From: a virus | Lineage: Duplodnaviria > Heunggongvirae > Uroviricota > Caudoviricetes | Virus record (IMG/VR): IMGVR_UViG_3300012344_000014 | Coordinates: 42,581-106,580 of that record | Reading direction: 5' to 3' (one strand) | DNA: 64,000 nt | In this document: positions 19,776-27,986 of the stretch, in pieces | How positions within the stretch are numbered: the stretch's first letter is position 1 | Layout of the letters: each line of letters opens with the position of its first letter | Position numbers and translations under genes: made by a program | The notes under the pieces: model-generated | What the model was told of the DNA's origin: nothing | Databases searched by the model: none | Seen by the model: the letters and a program-made list of their open reading frames with translations, nothing else

Positions 19776-19786
19776 TTGTGTATAAT
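19776..19786 (+). promoter_or_regulatory. candidate -10 promoter (TATAAT) for HicA-like gene 1
   Basis: TTGTGTATAAT lies 20 nt upstream of ATG 19807. Confidence 0.4.
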
Positions 19787-19806
19787 AGCCACAGGAGGTG
19801 GCTTCA

Positions 19807-20019
19807 ATGCATAAGCCGTTAGGTAGCAAAGAGGTTATCTCGATACTCGAAAAGTAGCAGTGGCGCAAGCTCAAAAACCGTGGTAAGGGAAGCCATACGG
19901 TTCTTGAGAACCCTGAGAACGGGCTCCACGTTACGGTACCCCGCAGCAAAGAACTCCCAGCGGGAACCTAGAAGAGTATCGGGCGGCAAACCGGTGTGAA
20001 TTTTGATGATCACCGGTGA
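19807..20019 (+). CDS. hicA: HicA-like mRNA-interferase toxin, copy 1 (in-frame TAGs at 19855 and 19969)
   Basis: AGGAGGTG RBS. The sequence ...EVISILEK-TAG-QWRKLKNRGKGSHTVLENP..HVTVPRSKELPAGT-TAG-KSIGRQTGV matches the HicA pattern (GSH ... VP ... GT.xSI.xQxG) only if both TAGs are read through. Confidence 0.65.
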
Positions 20020-20032
20020 GCGACCTCGCTTC

Positions 20033-20070
20033 AAAATGGACGGCCTTCTACTGGGCATGTCCATTTTTGT
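20033..20070 (+). terminator. hairpin plus T-run after HicA-like gene 1
   Basis: ATGGAC pairs with GTCCAT, with an inner GCC/GGC pairing, followed by TTTTTG. Confidence 0.4.
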
Positions 20071-20102
20071 TTGTAAACGGCAGACCGCAATGATGGGGTG
20101 GG

Positions 20103-20720
20103 TTAAATAATTTCGTCCATTGTTTTCACAATGATGTCGCAGACTCCGTGCTCAAGGCAAAAAACGGAATCCAGTTCCCAGTCATTGTTGCGCTTTTTAT
20201 TCAGCAGCTTAGCAGGAATGTTGGTCTTCTTGAGGATATGTTCCTTCATGGCTTTTAGGGAACTTTTGTAGCTGTCGGCCGCGTCGAACACCTTGGTGCT
20301 GTCGCCGGAAAGGGAGGCGCTGCCCTCGTGGATTACAACGCGAGCGCGGGGAAGCATGAAACGCTTATGACCGCTGAGGAAGATGATACCAGCCGCTGAA
20401 GCGCACACGCCCATGTTAACCGTATAAACCGGCGTCACAGAGGATTCGATTGTATCAATGAAAGACCACATCATATCGGCGTCGCCGCCGTAATTCATCA
20501 GATACAGCCAGATCGGTTTGCGCTCATTGACCGGCTTGCCCGCGTCTTCAATGTTCCAGCGGAGGATCAGCCGCTCATACTCGAGCATGTTGATATCGAC
20601 TTCGCCGTCGAGCCAGAGTTTGCGCTCTTTTTCCAGCTTGTAATAGGATACCAGTTCAGGATCTGGCAACTGATAATTGCCAACGTTATCAGAAAGAATA
20701 GGAAGTACAAGTCCGTCCAT
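20103..20720 (-). CDS. ClpP-family serine protease
   Basis: 205 aa; IWLYLMNYGGD...VNMGVCASAAGIIFLSG...RVVIHEGS fits the ClpP/S14 Ser-His arrangement. Confidence 0.75.
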   Translation of the reverse strand: MDGLVLPILSDNVGNYQLPDPELVSYYKLEKERKLWLDGEVDINMLEYERLILRWNIEDAGKPVNERKPIWLYLMNYGGDADMMWSFIDTIESSVTPVYTVNMGVCASAAGIIFLSGHKRFMLPRARVVIHEGSASLSGDSTKVFDAADSYKSSLKAMKEHILKKTNIPAKLLNKKRNNDWELDSVFCLEHGVCDIIVKTMDEII

Positions 20721-20731
20721 ATGTTCTCCTC

Positions 20732-21442
20732 TCAGGATCTATGTTCTACGCTGTCAGCCCAGTTGGACACAACACCGCGATAGTTATGGGTCAGTTTACA
20801 GACGGCGGCAAAAGGTTCATATCTCGCCTCGGCCAGATAATCCACAAAGCCGGAATGTTCAGGCCGGTGATACAGATCGCACTGGCCGGTATGACCGATG
20901 ACGATTGTTTTGCAGCTGTCATGGATGCGGGTCAGGGTTTTCTTGAGCTCATCGAAGTAATAGTTCTGCGCTTCATCGATGATAACGACCTTATTTTCGA
21001 TGTTTTGCCCGCGGAAGAAGGTGTGGGACACACAGTCGATATACGCGGTATCCTCCTTTACGTTCATCATGTTCTCCTGCTTGACAGCGTGCATTACATC
21101 GATGCCGGCCTTGAGCGCCGCCTGATAAAACGGCTCGTTATAAACAGAGAGCTTATCCTGCACGGTGCCGGGGAGAAACCCGATCTTCTGTTCCTGTACA
21201 GGGGAAGTGACGTAAACGATGCCCTCATAACGCCCATATTTGACGAGCAGTTCGGCCGTCATAACTGCGATGGTTGTTTTGCCGCAGCCGGCTTTCGCAT
21301 CGCAGAGAACGATCAGCTTTTCGGGGTCCCAGATCGCGTCGCGAAACGCCCTCTGTTCGCCGTCAAGCTGGAGGCCGAAGAACGGATGATCGTCCAGTGT
21401 CTCCGGCGGGTTAGAATAATCGATAGTTTTTCGTTTTGCCAA
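20732..21442 (-). CDS. phoH: PhoH-like ATPase
   Basis: Walker A motif DAKAGCGKTT; VVIIDEAQNY...IVIGHTGQCDL is typical of PhoH. Confidence 0.85.
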   Translation of the reverse strand: MAKRKTIDYSNPPETLDDHPFFGLQLDGEQRAFRDAIWDPEKLIVLCDAKAGCGKTTIAVMTAELLVKYGRYEGIVYVTSPVQEQKIGFLPGTVQDKLSVYNEPFYQAALKAGIDVMHAVKQENMMNVKEDTAYIDCVSHTFFRGQNIENKVVIIDEAQNYYFDELKKTLTRIHDSCKTIVIGHTGQCDLYHRPEHSGFVDYLAEARYEPFAAVCKLTHNYRGVVSNWADSVEHRS

Positions 21443-21493
21443 ACCGTATCATCACCTTTGCTTTTAATGGTTGTATATTGTCGCCCCGTGCCG

Positions 21494-21499
21494 TATAAT
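21494..21499 (+). promoter_or_regulatory. candidate promoter for HicA-like gene 2 (TTGTAT-N17-TATAAT)
   Basis: -35 TTGTAT (21471-76), 17-nt spacer, TATAAT (21494-99). An alternative -10, TATATT, lies at 21474-79. Confidence 0.4.
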
Positions 21500-21518
21500 G
21501 AGTGCGGAGGTGATTTTC

Positions 21519-21734
21519 TTGAAGAAGAACATATCTTCTCGGGAAGTTATCTCAATACTCAAAGAGCACGGATTCGTAGAAGACAAACGCCGGAGGACGG
21601 GCGGAGACACTATCTTTGTTAAACAGGGCTAGACGTCACACGTAAAAGTCCCCACAGGCCGGGAGTCGATACGAATCGGTACTTAGGTTAGTATCGAGAA
21701 ACAGTCCGGATTGCCCATTCGGTGTTAGCTGTAA
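21519..21734 (+). CDS. hicA: HicA-like protein, copy 2, divergent (in-frame TAGs at 21630, 21684 and 21726)
   Basis: GGAGGTG RBS then TTG 21519. REVISILKEHGF... and ...VKVPTGRESIRIGT-TAG-VSIEKQSGL are paralogous to copy 1, with TAG at the same GT-TAG-xSI position. GSH is replaced by GGD. TAA lies at 21732. Confidence 0.5.
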
Positions 21735-21790
21735 TGGGCTCCGGGCGGCTTCCGCACTCATTGCACGGCGCAGGCCGGCAATATGCGAAG

Positions 21791-22063
21791 TTAGTCGGAT
21801 TCTACCTTCGCCACGAATTCATCAATCGCGTCTTCAACAGGCATTGCTTTGCCCGATACGCGGCTGTAAATCATCCCGTTGCGCCCATACAAGTACAGGT
21901 CCCCGCCGGCATAGGCTTTAGAAACCCGCTTGAGAACGTCCCATCCCATTGCGGCGGCAACCTCATCCAGATAGATCAATGTGGTAATCGCATCGTCAAT
22001 CAGCTCATGGTCCTGGTCGCGGAGAGCGGAAAGTCCATCGATAATTTCATTCAATGTTTTCAT
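21791..22063 (-). CDS. hypothetical protein
   Basis: 90-aa ORF directly downstream of glyA. Confidence 0.5.
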   Translation of the reverse strand: MKTLNEIIDGLSALRDQDHELIDDAITTLIYLDEVAAAMGWDVLKRVSKAYAGGDLYLYGRNGMIYSRVSGKAMPVEDAIDEFVAKVESD

Positions 22064-22066
22064 GCT

Positions 22067-23308
22067 TCACCTCATAAACAGCGGGAAATTAAGGGCAAGA
22101 TCGCGAACGTCTTTCGCATAATCCGACGGGTTCGCGCCTTCAAGAATATCGGCGATTGTGTTAGCAATAAATTTTACTTCCGGCTCACGCATGCCGCGCG
22201 TCGTAATGGCGGGAGAGCCGATGCGGATACCGCTTGCCACGTTGGGGCTTAGCTTCTCGCCGGGAATGGTATTCTTGTTAACCGTGATATGACACGCGCC
22301 GAGAGCGGCCTCAATTTCCTTGCCTGTCTTGCCCGCATGGGAGACATTGAGCAGAAGCAGATGATTATCGGTGCCGCCGGTGACAAGACGGACGCCGCGT
22401 TCGGTAAGAACCCGCTCGAACGTCTTCGCGTTTTTTAGCACGTGCTTCTGATACTGCTTAAAGCCGGGTTCTAGCGCTTCCTTAAAGGCAATAGCTTTGG
22501 CTGCGATGATATGTTCCAAGGGGCCGCCCTGCAGGCGGGGGAACACCGCAAGATCAATCTGCCTGGCATACTCGGCTTTGCACAGAATCAACCCGGCGCG
22601 AGGACCGCGTAACGTTTTATGTGTGGTAGTCGTTACAAAATCAGCGTAGGGGACAGGAGAAGGATGAAGCCCCGTCGCGACCAGACCTGCGATATGCGCG
22701 ATATCGGCCAGAAGATAAGCGCCGACGCTATCGGCAATCTCGCGGAACTTTTTGAAATCGATCACACGGGAATAAGCGGAAGCGCCGCAGACGATGAGCT
22801 TCGGCCGATGCTGCTGAGCGAGGTCATAAACCCTGTCGTAGTCGATCAGGCCGGTTTCTTCATTAACCCCGTAGAGCACCGCGTCGTAAAGCCGACCGCC
22901 CTGGCCTTGCGGATTGCAATGGCTCAGGTGGCCGCCGCCGCTGAGCGACATCCCCAGCACCTTATCGCCCGGTTTGAGCACCGCAGCGTAGACGGCGTTG
23001 TTGGTCGTGGTGCCGCAATGCGGCTGCACATTAGCATGTTCGGCCCCGAAGAGCTGCTTCGCGCGCTCAATGGCCAGACGCTCGATTTCGTCAATATACT
23101 CACAACCGCCATAATAGCGCCTGCCGGGATACCCTTCGGCGTATTTACAGGTCAGAATAGAACCGGCCGCGGCCAGCACGGCGGGACTTGGATAATTCTC
23201 CGAGGCGATCAGTTCGATTCCGCCCGTCTGACGCAGATATTCTTTACGAATTAGGGCAGACACTTGCGGGTCAGTCTGCTCGATCGTTTCCAGTTCACTC
23301 AATTTCAT
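22067..23308 (-). CDS. glyA: serine hydroxymethyltransferase
   Basis: 413 aa; LIASENY, YYGGCE and the PLP-lysine motif [12 protein letters not shown]. Confidence 0.9.
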   Translation of the reverse strand: MKLSELETIEQTDPQVSALIRKEYLRQTGGIELIASENYPSPAVLAAAGSILTCKYAEGYPGRRYYGGCEYIDEIERLAIERAKQLFGAEHANVQPHCGTTTNNAVYAAVLKPGDKVLGMSLSGGGHLSHCNPQGQGGRLYDAVLYGVNEETGLIDYDRVYDLAQQHRPKLIVCGASAYSRVIDFKKFREIADSVGAYLLADIAHIAGLVATGLHPSPVPYADFVTTTTHKTLRGPRAGLILCKAEYARQIDLAVFPRLQGGPLEHIIAAKAIAFKEALEPGFKQYQKHVLKNAKTFERVLTERGVRLVTGGTDNHLLLLNVSHAGKTGKEIEAALGACHITVNKNTIPGEKLSPNVASGIRIGSPAITTRGMREPEVKFIANTIADILEGANPSDYAKDVRDLALNFPLFMR

Positions 23309-23492
23309 ATCCGTTTACAGGCATTTCCTTTCCGGCCGCAGACAGCGGCTCGTAGTTTTTTGCAGAACGCCAACACCATTGACGATTTTCATAGACGAGG
23401 AATTGCGGGTAGCCGTTCTTATCGTTACGAACAGCATAAACTTCGACGTTCCGGCCTGTGTGGAGCGCGGAAACAATGAAGGAGTTGGTCAT
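23295..23492 (-). CDS. hypothetical protein
   Basis: 65-aa ORF with overlapping junctions on both sides. Confidence 0.45.
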   Translation of the reverse strand: MTNSFIVSALHTGRNVEVYAVRNDKNGYPQFLVYENRQWCWRSAKNYEPLSAAGKEMPVNGYEIE

Positions 23493-23716
23493 TCGACTCC
23501 GAGCGCCTCCGCTTCGCTATAGCCAGGCATCCCGCTGAAGCGTTCCATGACGGCGTCGCGCTGCGACTGACCTAGAAAGTGTTTCAGCAAATAGTCGCAA
23601 TACAGATTCAGGTTCTGACAGCGGACAAGCGTGTGCTCGTAATCTCGAACGAGCGTTTTATACCTCACCGCACAGCCGCCTTTTTTACAGGAGCAGACGC
23701 GTTTTACTTCGCCCAT
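23489..23716 (-). CDS. hypothetical Cys-containing protein
   Basis: GGAGG RBS 8 nt before ATG 23716, within track ORF 23489-23731. Confidence 0.5.
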   Translation of the reverse strand: MGEVKRVCSCKKGGCAVRYKTLVRDYEHTLVRCQNLNLYCDYLLKHFLGQSQRDAVMERFSGMPGYSEAEALGVE

Positions 23717-23720
23717 AATA

Positions 23721-23897
23721 TTAACCTCCAAAGAAACCGCCCCAGAGGAGCAGGCCGACCATCATTCCTGTTCCTACAACCGACCCGATACAGCCGGCTG
23801 CTATTTTAGTCGGGTCTTTCTCTTTAAGAGCGTTTAGCAAATTCACAAGGAAAGAAAGCGAATACAGAATAATTACAATAATTTGAGGAGCACCCAT
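23721..23897 (-). CDS. small membrane protein (58 aa)
   Basis: ATG 23897. MGAPQIIVIILYSLSFLVNLL...GMMVGLLLWGGFFGG gives two TM segments. Below the track cutoff. Confidence 0.45.
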   Translation of the reverse strand: MGAPQIIVIILYSLSFLVNLLNALKEKDPTKIAAGCIGSVVGTGMMVGLLLWGGFFGG

Positions 23898-23901
23898 CAC
23901 A

Positions 23902-24378
23902 TCAAACCTTTCTATGTTGGAATTTATAAGTGATATTGGAGTAGTTCATTGCCATACCGTTTTTGCCGGATGACAGCAGCCACATGGACTGATTGGTGTT
24001 CGGTGAGTCGAGCCCACCGCGCTCTTCAATGTAGGGGCCGATTTTGTAGTAATCAACCCAGCACTGAAGGGAGAGATCGAACACCTGCGAGCCGGAATAG
24101 AGGCAGGTTTTAAGTCCCGCCTTCCGCACCGACATCAGGCATCGCGCCAGCGCGTCTCGGTCATTCCCCTCACCCATAAAGCAGACGCAGGTAATTCGGC
24201 CCGCATACTCCTTGAGTAAAGTTGGAAGATCGTGCTCAAGATCATAGCCGACATCCTGCTGCAGCTCCGGCGAGTGACAGCCGGGGCAGCGATGCGGGCA
24301 GTTTGAAACCTCCACCGCGAGACTGATTTCATCAGGGACTTCCTGCAGGACGACGCTGTAACCGGTGTATTTAATCAT
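23902..24378 (-). CDS. nrdG: anaerobic ribonucleotide reductase activating protein (radical SAM)
   Basis: CxxxCxxC motif NCPHRCPGCHS; adjacent to nrdD; start at ATG 24378 (MIKYTGYSVVLQEVP). Confidence 0.85.
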   Translation of the reverse strand: MIKYTGYSVVLQEVPDEISLAVEVSNCPHRCPGCHSPELQQDVGYDLEHDLPTLLKEYAGRITCVCFMGEGNDRDALARCLMSVRKAGLKTCLYSGSQVFDLSLQCWVDYYKIGPYIEERGGLDSPNTNQSMWLLSSGKNGMAMNYSNITYKFQHRKV

Positions 24379-24556
24379 CGGCCGGTACCTGCACATAGAG
24401 GCCGCAGCAACATTCCTTTGTCGTCCGGAACGCAAGGCACGGACATTTGTTATCATCAGTCTTCTCGACCCGGCAGGGGCAATAGCCGTTGTTAGCGGCT
24501 ATTCTCCCCCTGAGCATCGCGACGAAATCCTTATCAGGATTCAGTTTGATTTTCAT
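24371..24556 (-). CDS. ferredoxin-thioredoxin-reductase catalytic-subunit-like small Cys protein, copy 1
   Basis: NPDKDFVAMLRGRIAANNGYCPCR......KCPCLAFR....CCCGLY. Paralogue at 30201-30419. Family call is from memory of the FTR beta CPC...CPC...CHC pattern. Confidence 0.55.
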   Translation of the reverse strand: MKIKLNPDKDFVAMLRGRIAANNGYCPCRVEKTDDNKCPCLAFRTTKECCCGLYVQVPADD

Positions 24557-26855
24557 ATTCCTGTCCACCGAAATACCTCCGGTCATATTCATTCTTGCGC
24601 TCGGCCGACCACTTCGACACGCGGGTCAGATAGCCGATGATGCGCGTGGCATAATCCAGATTTTCACTGCTGCACTTTGGGCACTTCTCCAGCTTGTGCT
24701 TGCTGATATACCCGCAGTCGTTGCAGATGGTATTGGGAACGTTGAAGGTAAAATACGAGCAGCCTTCATGAATCGCGTTGAGAATGAGCAGCTCGTACTG
24801 GCGAGCGGTGAGGTGTTCTTCGAGGTTGATATGGCAGGCGCTGCCGCCGTCGAGATTGCGGATATAACGATCGCCATGCAGCCGAATCTTATCAAGAACC
24901 GTTGTTTTAGGATCTTCAACCACGAAGAAATAGCTGTTATAACACGCTCTCGGGACGGAGAGCCCGTCGGCTTTATCCCATTTGGCGTTCTTCACGCCTA
25001 AGCTTTCGGCTGGCACGTACTCCGTGTTAAACATAACGCCCGGCTCGGCATCGGCCACGTTCCGCCGGTGAATCGTATCAAGGATGAGATCAGTGAACTC
25101 GCCGTAAGCCTTGTTGTCACCGACCGGAATGCCCAGATACTCCGCCGCCTCGACCAGACCGTTGATGCCAACGGTAAGATACTGCTTCTCCGGCGAAACG
25201 AACCCTGCGTCATAAAGCGGGATCATATGCTTGGCCTGCGCATCCTTCACCATCGCGTTATACGCTTTCAAATAGCGATGGACATGCGCGGTCAGATCGT
25301 CAAGCGAGGCTTTGACCTTGGCCAGATCGCCGCCGCAGCCCTGAACGAGCCGGTTGATATTGATGGTCATGACGCGCTTGGAGCCGGTCGCGATGCCGCC
25401 CGCGCCAAGGCTGTAAGTGAACTGGTTTTCAACGATGTTGTTTTTCAGGCGGCAGTTATGCGTAATTACTCCGGAGGGAAGCATGAAGTAGGGCTCGCAC
25501 CCATCATCAACCTCGAGGCAGTAAACATAATCGTATGTATTGGCGCTCTCGATCACCTCAGATACCGGGCGGTATGTATACATCCTGCTTTCGGGATCCC
25601 AACACTGGACTTCATCCCCCTCGACGAGCTCCTTCGCCTGGACGTCTCCGCGCCGGGTGGGGAAAAGATGGTTATCCGTCACCTCATACATATGGCGGGC
25701 GTTCGGCTTGACGTCGATTGTGATAAAATACATCTGACGGCCGGGGAGACGAATGAGAGTCGCGGGAACCACTTCCTCACCGAGCATAACCCGAACACGA
25801 AAATCCTGTTCCTGTTCAAGCATCTGGTAAAGACGCTCTGCAGCCCCGACAAGCAATGTGTTATGCTGGTCCCAGACGGAGAACAGTGTATCCGGCGCAA
25901 AGCAGCACGAACTCAAGCTATCCACGCTATCGCTGGTATAAGTGAAAAAACTGTGCCCTTCGGCATACATCTCGGCGATATGCTTCAGTGCCCGCTGGTC
26001 AACAGCCGTCTTGCCGTTGTTCAGGAGAGAGAACGTTTCGACCGGGAAGGTGATGATCTTGCGGAGCCGCTCCTGATTAAACCACTTCATAAACCGAACC
26101 TGCAGCCACCAGAGGGACTCCCAGAGATCGGTCATTACTGTGCCGTCCGGGAAGGCGAAACCTTCGAACAGCCCGCGGAAATACGGCTCATCAAAATAGG
26201 AAATATTCCAGAAGACGGCCTGATTGCCGCGCGCCGCCGCCGGTTGATTGACCGAGTAGACAACCTGCGCGAAGGTATCGGTGATCACGTTATCAATGGT
26301 GCGCTTGCGGCCGAACAGTTCGGCTTGCGTATCCGGCTTCAGATAATAATCTTCGCCGTATTCCTTGACGAGGAAATAGTTCATATAGGCGAGAAACTCC
26401 GGGGTGGCAATCGCGCCGAGCACCTGAGCGGAAGCGGCGAACACCAGATTGACAAACCCGCCGGCGAAACTTTGCAGCGTCTTGGGAGCGTCCGACGTGC
26501 CGCCCAGCCCCTTCAAGCCGTGCAAAAGAAACGGGTACATAGTGATGCTAGCGCAATAGATCTGCGGGGTCTGGCCGGTTTCATCATGGCAATAGACACG
26601 ATGGGTTTCGAGGTTATCAATGTAGCTGTCGGCCTCTTCCTCGCCGTACATGGCGGTGAGCATATCATGCATCATCAACCGGCTGGTATAGATGCGGCCG
26701 CGCTTACCGCTTTCGGACGCGAGGGTGGCCAGATTCTTTGAACTGACATTGGAGTTTGGATCATAGTCGCTGCTTTCGGCGGCGCATTTTTCATCCATAT
26801 AACGTCTGATGAAATTTGCTTCCGGACGATAGCGCGCATATTTGTCGGGGATCAT
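24534..26855 (-). CDS. nrdD: anaerobic (class III) ribonucleotide reductase, intein-containing
   Basis: 773-aa ORF; Zn ribbon CNDCGY..KCPKC, glycyl-radical motif TRIIGYLTR, and the active-site SSC/CRL motif split by an insert. Confidence 0.95.
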   Translation of the reverse strand: MIPDKYARYRPEANFIRRYMDEKCAAESSDYDPNSNVSSKNLATLASESGKRGRIYTSRLMMHDMLTAMYGEEEADSYIDNLETHRVYCHDETGQTPQIYCASITMYPFLLHGLKGLGGTSDAPKTLQSFAGGFVNLVFAASAQVLGAIATPEFLAYMNYFLVKEYGEDYYLKPDTQAELFGRKRTIDNVITDTFAQVVYSVNQPAAARGNQAVFWNISYFDEPYFRGLFEGFAFPDGTVMTDLWESLWWLQVRFMKWFNQERLRKIITFPVETFSLLNNGKTAVDQRALKHIAEMYAEGHSFFTYTSDSVDSLSSCCFAPDTLFSVWDQHNTLLVGAAERLYQMLEQEQDFRVRVMLGEEVVPATLIRLPGRQMYFITIDVKPNARHMYEVTDNHLFPTRRGDVQAKELVEGDEVQCWDPESRMYTYRPVSEVIESANTYDYVYCLEVDDGCEPYFMLPSGVITHNCRLKNNIVENQFTYSLGAGGIATGSKRVMTININRLVQGCGGDLAKVKASLDDLTAHVHRYLKAYNAMVKDAQAKHMIPLYDAGFVSPEKQYLTVGINGLVEAAEYLGIPVGDNKAYGEFTDLILDTIHRRNVADAEPGVMFNTEYVPAESLGVKNAKWDKADGLSVPRACYNSYFFVVEDPKTTVLDKIRLHGDRYIRNLDGGSACHINLEEHLTARQYELLILNAIHEGCSYFTFNVPNTICNDCGYISKHKLEKCPKCSSENLDYATRIIGYLTRVSKWSAERKNEYDRRYFGGQEYENQTES
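25455..25904 (-). mobile_element. mini-intein (150 aa) in nrdD
   Basis: The insert starts CFAPDT directly after SLSSC and ends VITHN, followed by +1 Cys (CRLKNN). Removal restores the SCCRL-type motif. No endonuclease motifs were seen. Confidence 0.85.
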
Positions 26856-27064
26856 TCAACAGATACTCCTTTGCTGAGATATTTCATGGCCTGCGCAAAG
26901 TTCATGAGATTGCCGTCCTTGTCTTCGAGGGCGGGGACAACCTGAATGCCTTTTGCCTTCAGCTGCTCCGCATCGGAAACAATATTGCATGGGATCTAAA
27001 GCTGCGCGAGCCGCTCGGCAAGCAGGTCGCACATGGGGCAGCCGGGAAGAGTATAAAGCGTCAT
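26852..27064 (-). CDS. NrdH/glutaredoxin-like redoxin (read through in-frame TAG 26996-26998)
   Basis: AAAGGAG RBS then ATG 27064. MTLYTLPGCPMCDLLAERLAQL-TAG-IPCNIVSD...VVPAL carries a CPxC motif and cis-Pro VP. The TGA overlaps the nrdD ATG (ATGA). Confidence 0.7.
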
Positions 27065-27082
27065 TTCGGAATCAAACTCCTT

Positions 27083-27122
27083 TCATATAATAAAGGGAAC
27101 ATTTTCATGCCCCCTTTTTCAC
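27083..27122 (-). promoter_or_regulatory. conserved intergenic element, copy 1 (candidate phage-specific promoter)
   Basis: The - strand reads TGAAAAAGGGGGCATGAAAATGTTCCCTTTATTATATGAAAGGAG, just upstream of the nrdH-like/nrdD/nrdG operon. Near-identical copies lie at 32556 and 51774. Confidence 0.5.
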
Positions 27123-27628
27123 ATTTGAAAAATTTTATTTTGAATAAGCCACGCGACGCCTACCGCAACCGCATCAGATTCGTCGTCGCAGGCGTAACGC
27201 TGAGGGCCGACATAATCCTCAAGCATCTCGGCCACGCGGTCTTTCTCCGCATTGGCGTCGCCGGTGACGATGCGCTTGGTCATGCGAGGATCGATCTCTT
27301 CAAACTCTCTGCCTGTCAAATGCCAGGCATAAAGATCGGCCACGCCGACAACCTTATGCAAAACCCCGATGGTCTTCATCTGATAGCGGCCGGGGTAAAT
27401 CGCTTTCTCTCGAACCAATATGGCGTCCGGATAAGCGGTCATATATCGCTTCTATTCGCGCGCAATCTCCAGAAGCATCTGGCCATGCGTTTTCTTGCGG
27501 GCATACTTGTTGTTGACATTGCTGAGCTCGCGCACGGTGATCGTATTATTCTCACAATGAAGCAGCGCAAAGCCGGGGCGATGGAGCGAGAGATCGCAGG
27601 CGAAGACATCGACGGCGGTTTCAGGCAC
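27119..27628 (-). CDS. ruvC: RuvC-like Holliday junction resolvase (read through in-frame TAG 27452-27454)
   Basis: GAGGGGA RBS then GTG 27628. The N-terminal half (VDVFACDLSL...LLEIARE) and C-terminal half (YPDAILVRE...TGDANAEKDRV...DESDAVAVGVAW) are in one frame, separated only by TAG. Confidence 0.75.
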
Positions 27629-27977
27629 AGGGCGTCCCCTCGCTTTCACGCGCCAGCTTATCCGTCTCATAGGCGAAGAGCGCGCGGACAATGGCGTGCG
27701 CCAGATGATCATCGCTGATATCGCCGGCAAGATAAGCGTACAGATGTTGGATGCAATGCCCGATATGCTCCTCGGGCGGGATTTTTGTATAGTTACGGCA
27801 GGCGAAGGTTTCGCCGTATTTCTCAGCACCGGCCTTCGCGACTTCAGCCGCGGCAAACATTGCATGCACGGGCAGAAGCTGGAAAGCATAAGGGCTGCGG
27901 CTTTGCTTGCCGCCTTCGCTGTTCACGACGACGGGGACGTCTTTACCGACCCCGAAGATTACATTATCGCCAAGCAT
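27621..27977 (-). CDS. MazG-like / dATP-dGTP diphosphohydrolase N-domain-like protein
   Basis: The pattern AGAEKYGE...EEHIGHCIQHLYAYLAGD..DDHLAHAIVRALF; family recalled from memory. Confidence 0.45.
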   Translation of the reverse strand: MLGDNVIFGVGKDVPVVVNSEGGKQSRSPYAFQLLPVHAMFAAAEVAKAGAEKYGETFACRNYTKIPPEEHIGHCIQHLYAYLAGDISDDHLAHAIVRALFAYETDKLARESEGTPCA

Positions 27978-27986
27978 TTTATCACC

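Noticed and set aside
19787-19803. Hairpin AGCCAC-AGGAG-GTGGCT presenting the RBS of HicA-like gene 1 in its loop, as a translational control element
   Set aside because: The predicted transcription start from TATAAT 19781-86 falls inside the hairpin, so the structure may not exist in the mRNA.
21486-21768. Treating the inverted repeat flanking HicA-like gene 2 as firm evidence of RNA 5'/3' pairing, or as terminal inverted repeats of a mobile element
   Set aside because: The 5' arm includes the best -10 box (TATAAT 21494-99), so it may not be transcribed unless the weaker TATATT at 21474-79 is the real -10. No target-site duplication or transposase supports mobility. It is kept only as a weaker member of the fold-back pattern.
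27119-27889. Reading RuvC, PAPS reductase (42202-43116), RemA-like (31067-31444) and NrdH-like as pseudogenes broken by nonsense mutations
   Set aside because: Every interruption is TAG, never TAA or TGA. The frames stay aligned with no frameshifts. The same codon interrupts paralogues at identical positions, and TAG is virtually unused as a terminator. Codon reassignment explains all of this at once.
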